Positions 45,873 to 57,105 of a stretch of 64,000 nt of DNA are shown here, in pieces (the first letter of the stretch is position 1; each line of letters opens with the position of its first letter). The stretch lies in assembly GCA_020184695.1 (NCBI GenBank), contig JAANOX010000245.1, positions 62,001-126,000 of the forward strand. The letters are read 5' to 3'. Source of the stretch: Histomonas meleagridis 2922-C6/04-290x (taxonomy: Eukaryota > Protista > Parabasalia). A model generated the notes under the pieces. The model saw only the letters and a program-made list of their open reading frames with translations. It was not told the DNA's origin and searched no databases. The position numbers and the translations under genes are program-made.

Positions 45873-47498
45873 TTAATAACCATCAGGAGTACCATTAGCA
45901 TAATATTTCAATCCATTATGTAAATTTAATGTGAAATAAGTATCACGACAAATGAATAATTGAGGGGGAGGTGGATGATTTCCAGCATCATCAAAATTAT
46001 AATAAGTATCGTTAGCTTGAGTATATATAGGTTGCCCCTTAATTTGTATCGGGATGTTTTGACCGTTAGAGTCTAAGCCGTCGAATACGTAACCACCACG
46101 CGAACGTTCACATTGTATATTAAGCATAAAAGAAGTAGCATCACTTAATGTATTATTATATCTTGTACCATTAGAAGCATTTCTGTCCATAGTTAAAGAA
46201 TCTTCGAATTCTTTAGTACATTGTATACCACCATCTAAATCAGAAGCAACTAATTGATATTGTAAAAATCTTGCACCTAAAGTAGGAATAGGTTCATCAG
46301 GATAATTTTGACCTGCAATAGTTAATTGTACATTATTATAAATAGGATTATCAAAACAAGTATAATCATTAGCATGTTTTGGAAATACAACTGTAATAGT
46401 TGTGACATTAAATAAAGGCATATTAATAGTAGATTGTATACCAGATTCTGTAGCAGCTAACGCAAATGCATTATAATCTAATTGTTGAGAAGGAATTATT
46501 AAACCTCCAGGTTGTTGAAGTATTTGAGCTATTTGATTTAAAGTTTCTTCTTTAACTCCAAATCCAAACATATTAGATTTACATGAAAGTACAGTTAAAC
46601 CTGTACAATATAAAGAAACATTCTCAGTTGCAGTATCAATAGTATGATTAGTTTCAGTATCACATTTAAATGTAGTAGTTATATTAGCTGAATTACCTAT
46701 TTGAGCAAAACCATGAGTAAATAAAGGTAAATTATTAAATGTAGCATTAATAGAAGAATCTTCTAAAAATTCTTTAACTTCTTTAATTTTACGTGGATCT
46801 ACTTGACACCATACTAAACCATTTTGTTTAACATAAAACTTTAATTCAATATCACCAACTAATCTATTTGGATATAAATCAAATGCTTGTAAAGCTAATA
46901 TATCTTCGAATGGAAGATTCATTTCAAATTCAATATCATGTTTATTTCCATCTGCAATTGTATTTAAATCAACATAAGTACCACAAACAGATTGAGAATA
47001 TTCTGAAACATTTTCATATAAAAAATGTGTATATTTTCTAGTTTTCTTTTCAGCATATAGTTTAATTGTAGAATAACAATAACCTTCACAACAATATTCA
47101 TTTTGTTGATAACCAGTAGAAATATAATTAGACATAATTTGTCATTGATCTAATAATTGATTAGAACTCTTAAAACCTATAAATATTTTAGCTAAATTTT
47201 CTGGATCTGTCAAATTACTAGAATTAATAGCTTTTGATAATTGTACATTTATTCTAATTTTAAAATTAATAAAACCTTCAGTTATTTGTGAAACCATATG
47301 ATCACCATGAGTAATTCTTAATCTAGTTTCTTGTGATTGATTAAAAGGTGCATTTTGATCATGACAATCTTCAGTTCTTAAAATAATAGAACGAGTACCA
47401 TCATTTTTAGCAATTAAATCTTTAAGACGATCAAAATAAGCTCCTACATTACCTTGATCATCTTGTTCATTTTTAGATTGCGTATTATTATAATACAT
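45873..47498 (-). CDS. Probable major capsid protein (~541 codons) with one in-frame TGA
   Basis: ORFs 47498-47142 and 47135-45873 are in the same frame (gat caa TGA caa att atg). The protein is beta-rich, capsid-sized and lies beside a packaging ATPase. The capsid call is contextual. Confidence 0.55.
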
Positions 47499-47532
47499 TA
47501 ATAAAAATGAAAAATATTTTTCATAATTTTTA

Positions 47533-47805
47533 ATGGCGTGGGGGTTGTGGAATAAATTTAAATCAAATATAAAGAAAATAGGACCTTTACTTATAAAAGT
47601 GAAAGAAGGCTTCGCAAAAATTAGTCCCCATATTGCGAAAGGTTATGAATTTGCTAAACAACATAAAGAAGACATTAAAAAAATAAATTGTCTTAAAAAG
47701 TTATTTGTGGATAAAATATTTGAAACCGGTGATAAAATAATATCATTATTCCAAAATATAGGAAATGAAGCAAATGACAAGATCCATCCTATATTTTATA
47801 AATAA
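47533..47805 (+). CDS. Small basic protein with N-terminal amphipathic helix
   Basis: MAWGLWNKFKSNIKKIG... Confidence 0.6.
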   Translation: MAWGLWNKFKSNIKKIGPLLIKVKEGFAKISPHIAKGYEFAKQHKEDIKKINCLKKLFVDKIFETGDKIISLFQNIGNEANDKIHPIFYK

Positions 47806-47839
47806 AAAAAGAATTAATAATTTATTTTTATTATTATTT

Positions 47840-48109
47840 ATGGTCTGGGGTTTTTGGAACAAAATTAAAAACGGATTTAAAAAAGCTGGTGCTTGGATTA
47901 AAAATAAAATTATTAAACCAGTCGGAAGATTTATCGGTAATGTATGGAATAAAGTAGCTAAACCTGTTGTAAATACAGTAGGTAAAATACCTGGAATTGA
48001 AAATTTACCTGGTCATGCAGGTGCTATTGCGAAAGGAATTAAAATAGCAGATAAATTATCACCTGTTATAGATGGTGTAGCAAATGCACTAGTTGGTCAA
48101 AAGAAATAA
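47840..48109 (+). CDS. Small basic amphipathic protein, tandem paralog of 47533-47805
   Basis: MVWGFWNKIKNGFKKAGAWIKNKIIKPVGRFIGNVWNKVAKPVV... Confidence 0.65.
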   Translation: MVWGFWNKIKNGFKKAGAWIKNKIIKPVGRFIGNVWNKVAKPVVNTVGKIPGIENLPGHAGAIAKGIKIADKLSPVIDGVANALVGQKK

Positions 48110-48508
48110 TAAAATATTATATATATTGATTTGAATTTTTTAAACCAAACTATGCCAAATCCCGAGCGTCCAAGGACGCCTGCGTCCCATTTGTCATAGT
48201 TCATTCTCAAAAATTCATTGTAATTTGGGAAAATTTTCACATTTATTAATGTCTGATAGCACGAGAGTGATCAAGACTTATTATGACAAAGAGCCAACAA
48301 ATTTACCAACAATAGAAGAATAATCTGATTTAATAGATCCTTCTATTCAGTATATAAAGTTACCAAAACTAACTATTAATAATGCAATTTATTTTGAAAA
48401 ATTATCAAATTATCCAATTGAAAGACAAAATAGTAGAATATATTCATCACCTTCTGATTTTTTATGGAATCAAAATAAATAAAAAAATTAAAATCATTTT
48501 ATTTTATT

Positions 48509-48976
48509 TTAGGCACTCTTGAAAAGATCCTGCTTTAAATCAAAAGCAGATTGATGAGTTTTGTCTTTATGTTGACTATTAACGATTACATTATCTAGTA
48601 ATGTACGATTAATTTCATCATTATATGACTCATAGATATATGGCGCATATAATCGTCCAAATTTACATTTCAATGGAAATAAGTCTATTTCTAAATAATG
48701 AACATTTTGATTTATAAGTGGTTTCTTATTTTCAGTAATTGGAATTGATATGAATATTGGATTGTCAAAGAATTCTATTATTTCTCTTTGAATAAAATAA
48801 AAATCGGAAGAATTACTATGTTTTATTATCATCCCAATTGGATTGATAATAAAATTGTTGTAATTTCCCATTTTATTATATTTAGGATCAAAGGATATTG
48901 CAACATCAATAGCATCAAGATCCTTATTTTTGATATTATCTGCAATTTGAGCAATGGAAAAAATATTCGCATACAT
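48509..48976 (-). CDS. Hypothetical protein of the TIR element
   Basis: 155-aa ATG ORF ending close to the right TIR. Confidence 0.5.
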   Translation of the reverse strand: MYANIFSIAQIADNIKNKDLDAIDVAISFDPKYNKMGNYNNFIINPIGMIIKHSNSSDFYFIQREIIEFFDNPIFISIPITENKKPLINQNVHYLEIDLFPLKCKFGRLYAPYIYESYNDEINRTLLDNVIVNSQHKDKTHQSAFDLKQDLFKSA

Positions 48977-49026
48977 GAAGAAAAAATGAAGTGTTAATTT
49001 ATAACAGTTATTTACTATTTAAAATA

Positions 49027-49251
49027 AAGTTTGCCATGCATTCAAACAATATTCGTCGCTTTTTTTGACTATTAACCTCCTGGCAAAGATAAATTGTATA
49101 GGATAAATGTCCGACCAAAGATAACCGGGGACAATTTGTGCTGGATATACGGGGTTTTTGATAGGTTTATGCGAAAAGTGGTGCTAAAAGTGCTATCGTT
49201 CCTATCAAAAAGTAACGCGTTCTCTCAAAATTGAATGTGCATTCAAATTTT
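49027..49251 (-). repeat. Right terminal inverted repeat
   Basis: Reverse complement of 43295-43517 with scattered mismatches. Confidence 0.88.
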
Positions 49252-49843
49252 CAGGGCAAAAAAAATATCCCAAAATCATTTGAGATTTCTGTAAACAAAA
49301 AATGTGATGTGTCAAAAAACGTTAATGATATTTACAAATATTTTTTCAATAAAAAATTTAAATATTTTATTAGTATATAACACTAGATATGTAACATTTA
49401 AAAACATTGTTTCAAAATGTTTTAATATATTATAATATATTAAGATATTTTGAATTTTTTTTTTTGATTTTTAATTCAATAGTTTATGTGATTTTTGAGT
49501 ATAAAATGATCGACTTCTTTCAAATATATCTTTTAATATCTATAGGGAAATATGTTTTAATTTGTATAATTTTGATAACTATAATATCAAGTAATGATGT
49601 AATTTTAAAATTATGTATTGGCCCTTAAAATTTTTGAAATGCCAAATCCAAAATTTATAATTATGAAATGATTAAATCTGATAATTTTTTGATGCCATTT
49701 TTAATTTAAACATACTAATTTTGGCATGAATGTCATATGTCATTCGTTTTGTTTAAATTAATTAGTATAATAAGACGAGTGCTACAGGTAATTCGTTTGG
49801 TGGTACGATGGTACATTACAATATCATTCAATTGACCCATATC

Positions 49844-49991
49844 GTTACCCAAGTTGTTCGTATCGTTGCCCAAAACGGTTATATTCAGAAAATCATGTAC
49901 GATATGGGTAAAACCGCTTTTATGTTGGGCTATCGTTACCCAAGGTGGTTTCATTCAGAAAATCATGTCCGATACAGGAAAAACCGCTTTT
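49844..49991 (+). repeat. Short composite direct repeats (~70-bp period)
   Basis: tatcgtt(a/g)cccaa x3 and ttcagaaaatcatgt.cgata...aaaaccgctttta x2. Confidence 0.7.
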
Positions 49992-50100
49992 AGGTTATCT
50001 TTGGTTTTTAATTAAAATAAAAAGTGAATTTATTCAAACAGTAAAATTTTGGTGAGATGACTTCATTTTTGATATAAAGTATTGAATTCGGCTTTACCAA

Positions 50101-50734
50101 TTGGTTGGGTTGGGTTGGGTTTTCATTATCCCTGTAGAATTGGGAAAGACTAGCATCATTACACTAGCTAACACATTGTCATTATCAAAAATCGAAACAT
50201 TATCAAATTCATTTATAAATATTTTATCTAAAATTTTAACGCAAATTTATATCATAGAAACAACAAATTCTTATGCAAATGCTGATCTAACAATTTCGAA
50301 AATTCTTCAGTATAAAATTAAAATTGTAAAATCATTTTCATTATATAAGTCATATACCTCTGATTCATACATGTTATCTGAATTTGGAACAAGTTATTTC
50401 TACACATTAACAAAATTTGTATTTTATGAATATACTTTTCTGGTGTTTTCAACATATTATAGTTATTATTCCGATTTTTTCTTTATAAGTTCTAATAATA
50501 ACTAAATTTATGACAAGCAATTTGATAATAATTTACTTATAGGTATCATATGTTGCGCAGTAGTTGTCGTGTTGCTAATCGTAGGCAATGTGGTGTTTCT
50601 ATTTCGTAATAAACAAAACAAACTAAAAGAATCGAAAAAAAATGATTTACCAAGTGAAAATGATATGGAAATGGAAGAAATAGCACCACAACTTGCACAA
50701 TTCACAAATAAAGACAATGATCGATGGATTTGAT
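50101..50734 (+). pseudogene. 3' fragment of a type I surface protein (S/T-rich stalk, TM, acidic tail)
   Basis: S/T/Y-rich frame, then after a shift LLIGIICCAVVVVLLIVGNVVFLFRNK...NDMEMEE...NDRWI*. No 5' part is present. Confidence 0.45.
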
Positions 50735-51189
50735 AAAAGATAAATATAATTTATGTAATCATTTTGATGGTAACATATGTTTTAATAAAAAAAATTTGCG
50801 TTTTTTAAATTGCGTTTTACATACAAATTTGCACTGCTGATGAAACTGTTTAAATATTCTTTCCATTTAATGACCAAGCATAGCTCAACATATTGTTTAG
50901 GGAATGTTGGGTTTGTAAAACTATTTTTATGTAACCATTTTTAGATGCTTTCATAAGTGATATATAATATTATTTTCAAAATATTAAATTAAACATTTTA
51001 TAAGGCACAACATGTGAATTTTTTCAAAGCTTCTTTCATTTTACAATAAATATATAACTATTTAAATTTATTGGTGACTTCGATCAATCAGATTGAAAAT
51101 AATGTAAAATATCCATGAATAAGTTTCTAATTGATAAAACAGAGACACATACATACAAACATAATTTTGTTCTTTTTAATTAAATTAAT

Positions 51190-52050
51190 TTACAAATGCG
51201 TTCGATTATTTTTGATTTGCGTTAATACCAAAATTAACGAAAGAAACAAAATAAAAAGTGAAATCATAAAATGTTCTTTTTTTGCTCTTTTTGTCGCTTT
51301 GTCGACTTCGCTTATTCCGACTTCGTAGTTTGTAGAGGCTTTCTCAACTTCTTCTCTGATGACTCGGATTTTCTCGTTTTGCTCGCCGATCAGTGTATTG
51401 AATAGTTTATTCATTTGAGCGATTTCCTCCGCAACTCTTTCGGTCTGTGTGACAGTGTCGTGGAACTGCAGCATGTCGTCAACCACCGACTGATGCTCTA
51501 GGGCAAGTTTTCGTTTGAAGTCTGATGATATTTTTGGTTTTTCTTGTTCAATTCGAGTAAAATTATTTGTGGTGATAATCGGTAGTTTTTCATCAAGCTC
51601 TCTGTACTTAGTAAGATACACCTGACGTTGGTTTTGCATGTAAGCAAAGTCTTTCCTAACTTTGTTAAGTGAATAATCAAGATATTGAAAAACACCAGAG
51701 CTATGTGTGATGGCATCTCCTTTTATTCCAAGCTTGCCGGAATTTACGTCTTTAGCTAATTCGGTTATGAGCATTTCAACTTTTGAAATGGAATCTGATA
51801 TTTGATTTGTGAAAATTGTACGACTTTCATCTGTCATTGATGATTTAAGTGCAAGAACTGAACTATATTTGTCAACGTATGCATCAAAATTTTCTTCAAT
51901 TGAGGAAGAAATTGATGTTATGATTTCAGTGATCTTAAATGCGGCTTCATGAAAGTAATTACATGTTGACTTTTTTAAAGTTCTGGTAGCAGAGCCAACT
52001 GAGTCAAATTCGGAAAGATAGTGGTAGAATTCATTTGTTCTTTCAACCAT
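51190..52050 (-). CDS. Syntaxin-like t-SNARE
   Basis: Habc-like helices, SNARE motif (IAQMNKLFNTLIGEQNEKIRVI..EVE.A...YEVG..EV.KA) and a C-terminal TM. Confidence 0.85.
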   Translation of the reverse strand: MVERTNEFYHYLSEFDSVGSATRTLKKSTCNYFHEAAFKITEIITSISSSIEENFDAYVDKYSSVLALKSSMTDESRTIFTNQISDSISKVEMLITELAKDVNSGKLGIKGDAITHSSGVFQYLDYSLNKVRKDFAYMQNQRQVYLTKYRELDEKLPIITTNNFTRIEQEKPKISSDFKRKLALEHQSVVDDMLQFHDTVTQTERVAEEIAQMNKLFNTLIGEQNEKIRVIREEVEKASTNYEVGISEVDKATKRAKKEHFMISLFILFLSLILVLTQIKNNRTHL

Positions 52051-52346
52051 TAATTAAAATTTACAAAAAGTGGCAAATTTTACTGCAAATATTAAAACGA
52101 ATTTAATTATATTAACTAATCATGATGTAATTGTTTTTTTTTTTTAACATAATTGTATTACTTTTGTTTCTTGTAAAAAATGTGAACCAATTACTATTTG
52201 TTTCTAAAATGTTCGAAATATCTATCAATTTGCAACATAAAAATTAATTTCAACAATTTTACACTTGTACGAATGGCTATTAAAAAGGCGTTGGTTACAA
52301 TACATTCTTTTTATTCATTTTAAAACAAAACTTAGTTATAATTATT

Positions 52347-52655
52347 TCAGAAATAATTATCTGACCATGGTGATGATTCTTCAAAATCAAACGAAAAATC
52401 ACATAAAGCTGGCCAATCAACACAATCTGCATCATTTTCGTCATAATGAACCTGAGTGTCATCTTTTTCATAAAATGAAAGAGCATCATTCATACTTGGA
52501 GTTTGTGCATATTCAGGCTTGTTTATATTGTTGTTGACAGGCTCATTAATGAATGACATCTCATTTTTCTTATTTTGTCTTCTTTTTCTTATCATCTTAG
52601 CTCTCCTGACGTTGTATGGTTGATCTGTTTCAATTATCTTTGATATCTCTTCCAA
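52347..52655 (-). CDS. Hypothetical protein fragment with disrupted 5' part
   Basis: 102-aa frame without a clear ATG; upstream frames are interrupted. Confidence 0.3.
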   Translation of the reverse strand: MEEISKIIETDQPYNVRRAKMIRKRRQNKKNEMSFINEPVNNNINKPEYAQTPSMNDALSFYEKDDTQVHYDENDADCVDWPALCDFSFDFEESSPWSDNYF

Positions 52656-54043
52656 GACTTAAGTAAGCTTCTTTTGTGAAACTTCCATGTTTTATGTTCA
52701 TCACATAGGTTTTATCATTAACTTGGAATGTAAGTGTGGATGGTTTTACATAATTTTGAAATCTTCTTCCCATGTATGCAGAAAGTGAGATCATATTTTT
52801 ATTTTGTCAAACTCATACAACGTTTTAAAAATTTATATTTTGACAGTACCTATTTGCAAATTGGAACAAAATATTGATACGCAGAATATTTCCTTTCAGA
52901 AGAGCATTAAATTTGACGTACCAAAAATCTGGTCCAAATCTTTTGACGCGTCAAAACCCAAAAAATGTCGACCTAAGATTAGATTATTCGAAATTAAGCG
53001 TCAACTCGTTCATTAGTATGATTGCAATTATCCAATTATTAAAGAAAACATTTTAAATTATGTTATCATTGATATTATATAGTTGATCATCTGATCTTGG
53101 AAATATGATATATCAATATAAATTAAAAGACAAGTAATCCAAAAATGAAATTATAAATCTTTAAATAATTTCGGAAATTATTAATTCATATTACCTCATA
53201 TTGATTCAATATTATAATATATGTTAAATATCGCATATTGTTTTGTTAAAAATTTCAATTTTCCTGCTCGTTACTGAATAATATAGGAGAAATTATTTAA
53301 AAGATATCTTTCGTTGGTCACATGATTTTTGATCAAAAGATTCATAACTTTTTCTTAATAGTCATCAAAAAACCGTAAAATGGTCAGAAGTTTCTAAAAT
53401 TCTGGGCTGAAATTTGAATTAGTTTCAATAATTTAAATGTGAGACATGTAAAATCACTTCACATTTTTATGTTTTTTTGAGCTTTACGAAGGATAAAGGC
53501 TAAAGAATGTGACGTTTTAGAAAACTTGCTTATAATTGATGAAGAAAAGTTGTAATAAGGATTTAGTGAAATTCGATCATCTCAAGTTAAAATTTTCATA
53601 AGAAACGCTTAATTATCAATAAAAAAATGCGTATTTGGAATTTCCCGATTAAGTACATCATGAAACAAAACAATTATATGATGCCAAAAGAAAGAACATT
53701 TGCTGCTACGAATCTAATTTTGTTAACAATGAACTAAAGTAATTGGAATTATGAATCGCCAAGGCGAATAAGAGAATTTTTAATAAAGGTTACCGTTCTT
53801 ATAGATATAAATGTAAAAAATAATTTGTATGAAATGATCAAGCATAAATAACTGTATGAAGTGTGAACTTAGACGTCTAATTCTAATGCGCATGCACTGT
53901 CACCCAATTTCACCAACGCGGCATATATTTATATATATTTATGCCACATCACTGTCCGAAAGTTTTTTAGAATTTCCATAATAAGTCACATCACTTTTAA
54001 TGTGTTAAAATTTGAATGAAAAACGTTTGTGTATTTAAGGACT

Positions 54044-55288
54044 TTACTTAGTCATCTTAACGTGCTTCGCGAATACATCCTTCATCTTCTTGTCGCTTCT
54101 GGATTGTACGTATTCAACGATCGTTTGCTTTTGATCCTTAGCCTTCATGTATGGGTCAGCACCATTTGTTAACATCCAATCAATAACAGTGTACATCTTT
54201 TTAATTGTTGATACGAAAGTCATTAACAAGGACTCTGTTGGCTTACCGCCAAATGTAGCAACCTTGTTCAAGTTGAAGCCCTTCTCAACTAACATTTCCA
54301 TGATTTGTATAACCACTTTTTCATCTGGACAATATACTAAATTTGTGGGTCCTAACTTTCCATCTTTATCGAATCTGTTAACATTTATGTTCTTGGTGAG
54401 TACAATACGGATAATTTCGGGGTTGTTTGACATACATGCGTAATGTATTAATCCCATTCCATTTTGATTAGGATCAAGGTCAACAACTTGCATCTTTTCG
54501 CATAAGAGTCGAACTGTTTCGACACTGCGTTGGAAACATGCAAGGAAAAGAGCACTTTTGCCATCTGGTGCAAAATATTCTGGATTTTCTCCTGAGTCAA
54601 GAAGAATTGGAACAGCTTCGAATTGGTTATTGGTGATGGCAAGCATTAATGGTGTATAATTACGCTGATCTTTTGTTTCTTTGGATCCTTTTTGGATGAG
54701 AATTCTGAGGCACTCGATGTTCTTCTTCTTAATGGCTTGGTTAATACTGTTGTTGCGTTTGTTGGGTTCGGCATTAATATCAGCACCATTTGCAAATATG
54801 AGATTGAGAATTTCAGGATCACCGGCTTCGGATGCAAGGTAAATGAAATGCCAATCAACTGATGGGGTTTGAGCTGCTTCGGCTGGGTCAATAGAAAGAA
54901 TATAAAAGGCAACTTCATAAGCGGCTGAACAACATGCATAGTGAAGTGGATGATAAGAAGCGGCACTTGCTGTACGTGTGTTGAACTTGTCTTTGTGAAG
55001 ATTACATAAGAAAATGAAGACTTCAAGGGAATCACAATATGCGGCTATGTGAAGAAGTGTGAGTTGGTTAATAGGAAGGGAAAGACCATAGTTGTTGTTG
55101 CCACTGGAATTAGTAGGATCATCGCAAAAGAGGTTACGAGGAAAGGCATAGTTAGATCCGGTATATTCATTAGGTTTCATTCCTTGAATAATACTCTTAA
55201 GACCATTGACATTGTTGTTTATGACGGCTTCTACGATTTTAGTTTGCCTAGGATCAGTTTGTTGGTTTCTATTTCCGTAGTAGCTCAT
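54044..55288 (-). CDS. Conventional, uninterrupted ankyrin-repeat protein
   Basis: TLLHIAAY, HPLHYACC, KDQRNYTPLMLA, APDGKSALFLAC, DKDGKLG: hairpin codons are contiguous, with no inserts. Confidence 0.9.
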   Translation of the reverse strand: MSYYGNRNQQTDPRQTKIVEAVINNNVNGLKSIIQGMKPNEYTGSNYAFPRNLFCDDPTNSSGNNNYGLSLPINQLTLLHIAAYCDSLEVFIFLCNLHKDKFNTRTASAASYHPLHYACCSAAYEVAFYILSIDPAEAAQTPSVDWHFIYLASEAGDPEILNLIFANGADINAEPNKRNNSINQAIKKKNIECLRILIQKGSKETKDQRNYTPLMLAITNNQFEAVPILLDSGENPEYFAPDGKSALFLACFQRSVETVRLLCEKMQVVDLDPNQNGMGLIHYACMSNNPEIIRIVLTKNINVNRFDKDGKLGPTNLVYCPDEKVVIQIMEMLVEKGFNLNKVATFGGKPTESLLMTFVSTIKKMYTVIDWMLTNGADPYMKAKDQKQTIVEYVQSRSDKKMKDVFAKHVKMTK

Positions 55289-55816
55289 TGCAAAAATGGC
55301 AGGCGAACGTTAAACAAAATTGTCAAAATTATGTGCAAATTGATAAATTTACAACGGCGGTTTGTTGGAACTAAAAAGTTGATGATAACCGTTAAATGTC
55401 GGCATATTTTGGTTGATACTTTTCAAGGATTTAATTTCCCAATTTTCTCTTATAAACTTATAAGGTAAAATTGAACATTAAATATACTTTAATTGTTTTT
55501 TACAGATATACCAAATTCTGAAAATCTGTTATGATATCGTCAAATCAATTCCATTTTAACAATGCTTAAATTTAGATCTATATTTTTGTTTATTATATAA
55601 TTTTATTCTACTAAGAAAAAAATCGATTTATATGTTTTGCGAGAAACATTTGGAAAATAACTAAAAGCCAAATATTTTAAACTTTTTCCTTCAATTTTGT
55701 TATGTTATTAAACAATGAATCGTAAAAAAATCAATTAGAAACAATAAAAAAAATCATTTTTTTGATTCTTACAACATTTCCAAAAACAAAAAACCACAAT
55801 AATTCATTTTAACTAT

Positions 55817-56407
55817 ATGAGTACCGATTTATATTTAAGACTTATCATTGGGATATCAAATGGTATTATCATTCTTGTTGCTGTTGTTGGAGGATTCATC
55901 GCCTACAATAAATTTAAAGATGATGATTGGATAAATCTTTTTATTAATGATACGTTACTTCATGTTATTCTTGGCGTTGCTTCATTTAAAGTTATTGTTT
56001 GCATTGTTGGGTTTTTCTTAATTTGTTATGACAGCTTTAGCTGGAAATTATCATATCTTATACTTCTTATAGCTGTTGTACTTCTTGAAATTTCTCTCAT
56101 AATTGTTACATGTCTTAATAAAAGATATTTTTTTGAAATTGTAAGAAAAAATTGGACCAACAATAATTTTGCTGATTTTGTTTTATCATTTGAGGATTAT
56201 TTTAAATGTTGTGGATTAGGTACTTTTCAAATTGGAGAAAGATGTGGATATAAATATAAAGTTACTATACCTCAAAAATGTAAGAAACCAATTGAAGACT
56301 TAATAAATACTAACTCTACTTCAACTTTAATTGGAATTTCCCTTCTGGTTGTGTTTGAAATAATTATTTTATTTTGTTCAATAATTCTTCTTCATTCGAA
56401 TAGATAA
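55817..56407 (+). CDS. Tetraspanin-like protein
   Basis: Four hydrophobic segments and a large loop with FKCCG plus two further Cys. Confidence 0.8.
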   Translation: MSTDLYLRLIIGISNGIIILVAVVGGFIAYNKFKDDDWINLFINDTLLHVILGVASFKVIVCIVGFFLICYDSFSWKLSYLILLIAVVLLEISLIIVTCLNKRYFFEIVRKNWTNNNFADFVLSFEDYFKCCGLGTFQIGERCGYKYKVTIPQKCKKPIEDLINTNSTSTLIGISLLVVFEIIILFCSIILLHSNR

Positions 56408-56763
56408 TTAATTTACCAAGTTTATTTTCATATCTAGTTTAAATTTTAACTTTATAAACATTTTTCAAAAAAATAGTTTTATTTAATGAACATATTTGCA
56501 AATCATTTTTCGTATTTATAATAAATATAAAAGAAATGACAAATAAATATAATTTTTATTGGCAATTTGAATGATTATTTCATTGAATCAGAAATAAGTA
56601 ATTATGTAATGATAACTAAAACATATGGAATTCAAATATTGGAATAGCGGCCTTTAATCAAAACTATTTTACATATTTCATCTCACATTCTATACATATA
56701 TTAATGTTAAACTGCATCCAATACAGTGGTTAACCTATGAACAAAAAGTCAAACCACTCCCGC

Positions 56764-57009
56764 TTTTTGATCATTATTTAATCGTCCTGCTTCTGACTTT
56801 TTGATCATTATTTAATCGTCCTACTCCTAACTTTTTGATCGCTATTTAATCGTCCTACTCCTAACTTTTTGATCATCATTTAATCGTCCTACTCCTAACT
56901 TTTTGATCATCATTTAATCGTCCTGCTCCTAACTTTTTGATCATCATTTAATCGTCATGCTCCTAACTTTTTGATCATTATTTAATCGTCCTGTTCCTAA
57001 CTTTTTGAT
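56764..57009. repeat. Minisatellite, 7 full copies of a 34-bp unit plus a partial copy
   Basis: Unit tttttgatcatcatttaatcgtcctactcctaac, head-to-tail with no spacers. Confidence 0.95.
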
Positions 57010-57105
57010 TCACTTGGCATTGAATACGTTTCTTAATTTTCAATTCACTTACACAAAAGTGCGCATAATACAAAAGCGACATCAACAGTAATGTTTACAT
57101 TGTAT

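Larger units (their letters stand above)
43295..49251. mobile_element. Endogenous Polinton/PLV-like element with ~225-bp terminal inverted repeats; morphogenesis genes only
   Basis: 43295-43517 is the imperfect reverse complement of 49027-49251. Inside are a packaging ATPase, a capsid-sized ORF, amphipathic peptides and a chromodomain. No pPolB or integrase motifs were seen. Confidence 0.8.

Noticed and set aside
52939-52954. 16-bp palindrome ttttgacgcgtcaaaa in a long intergenic region
   Set aside because: Isolated, with no matching partner terminus or repeat context found.
56764-57009. CRISPR array (34-bp repeat)
   Set aside because: The units are head-to-tail with no unique spacers.
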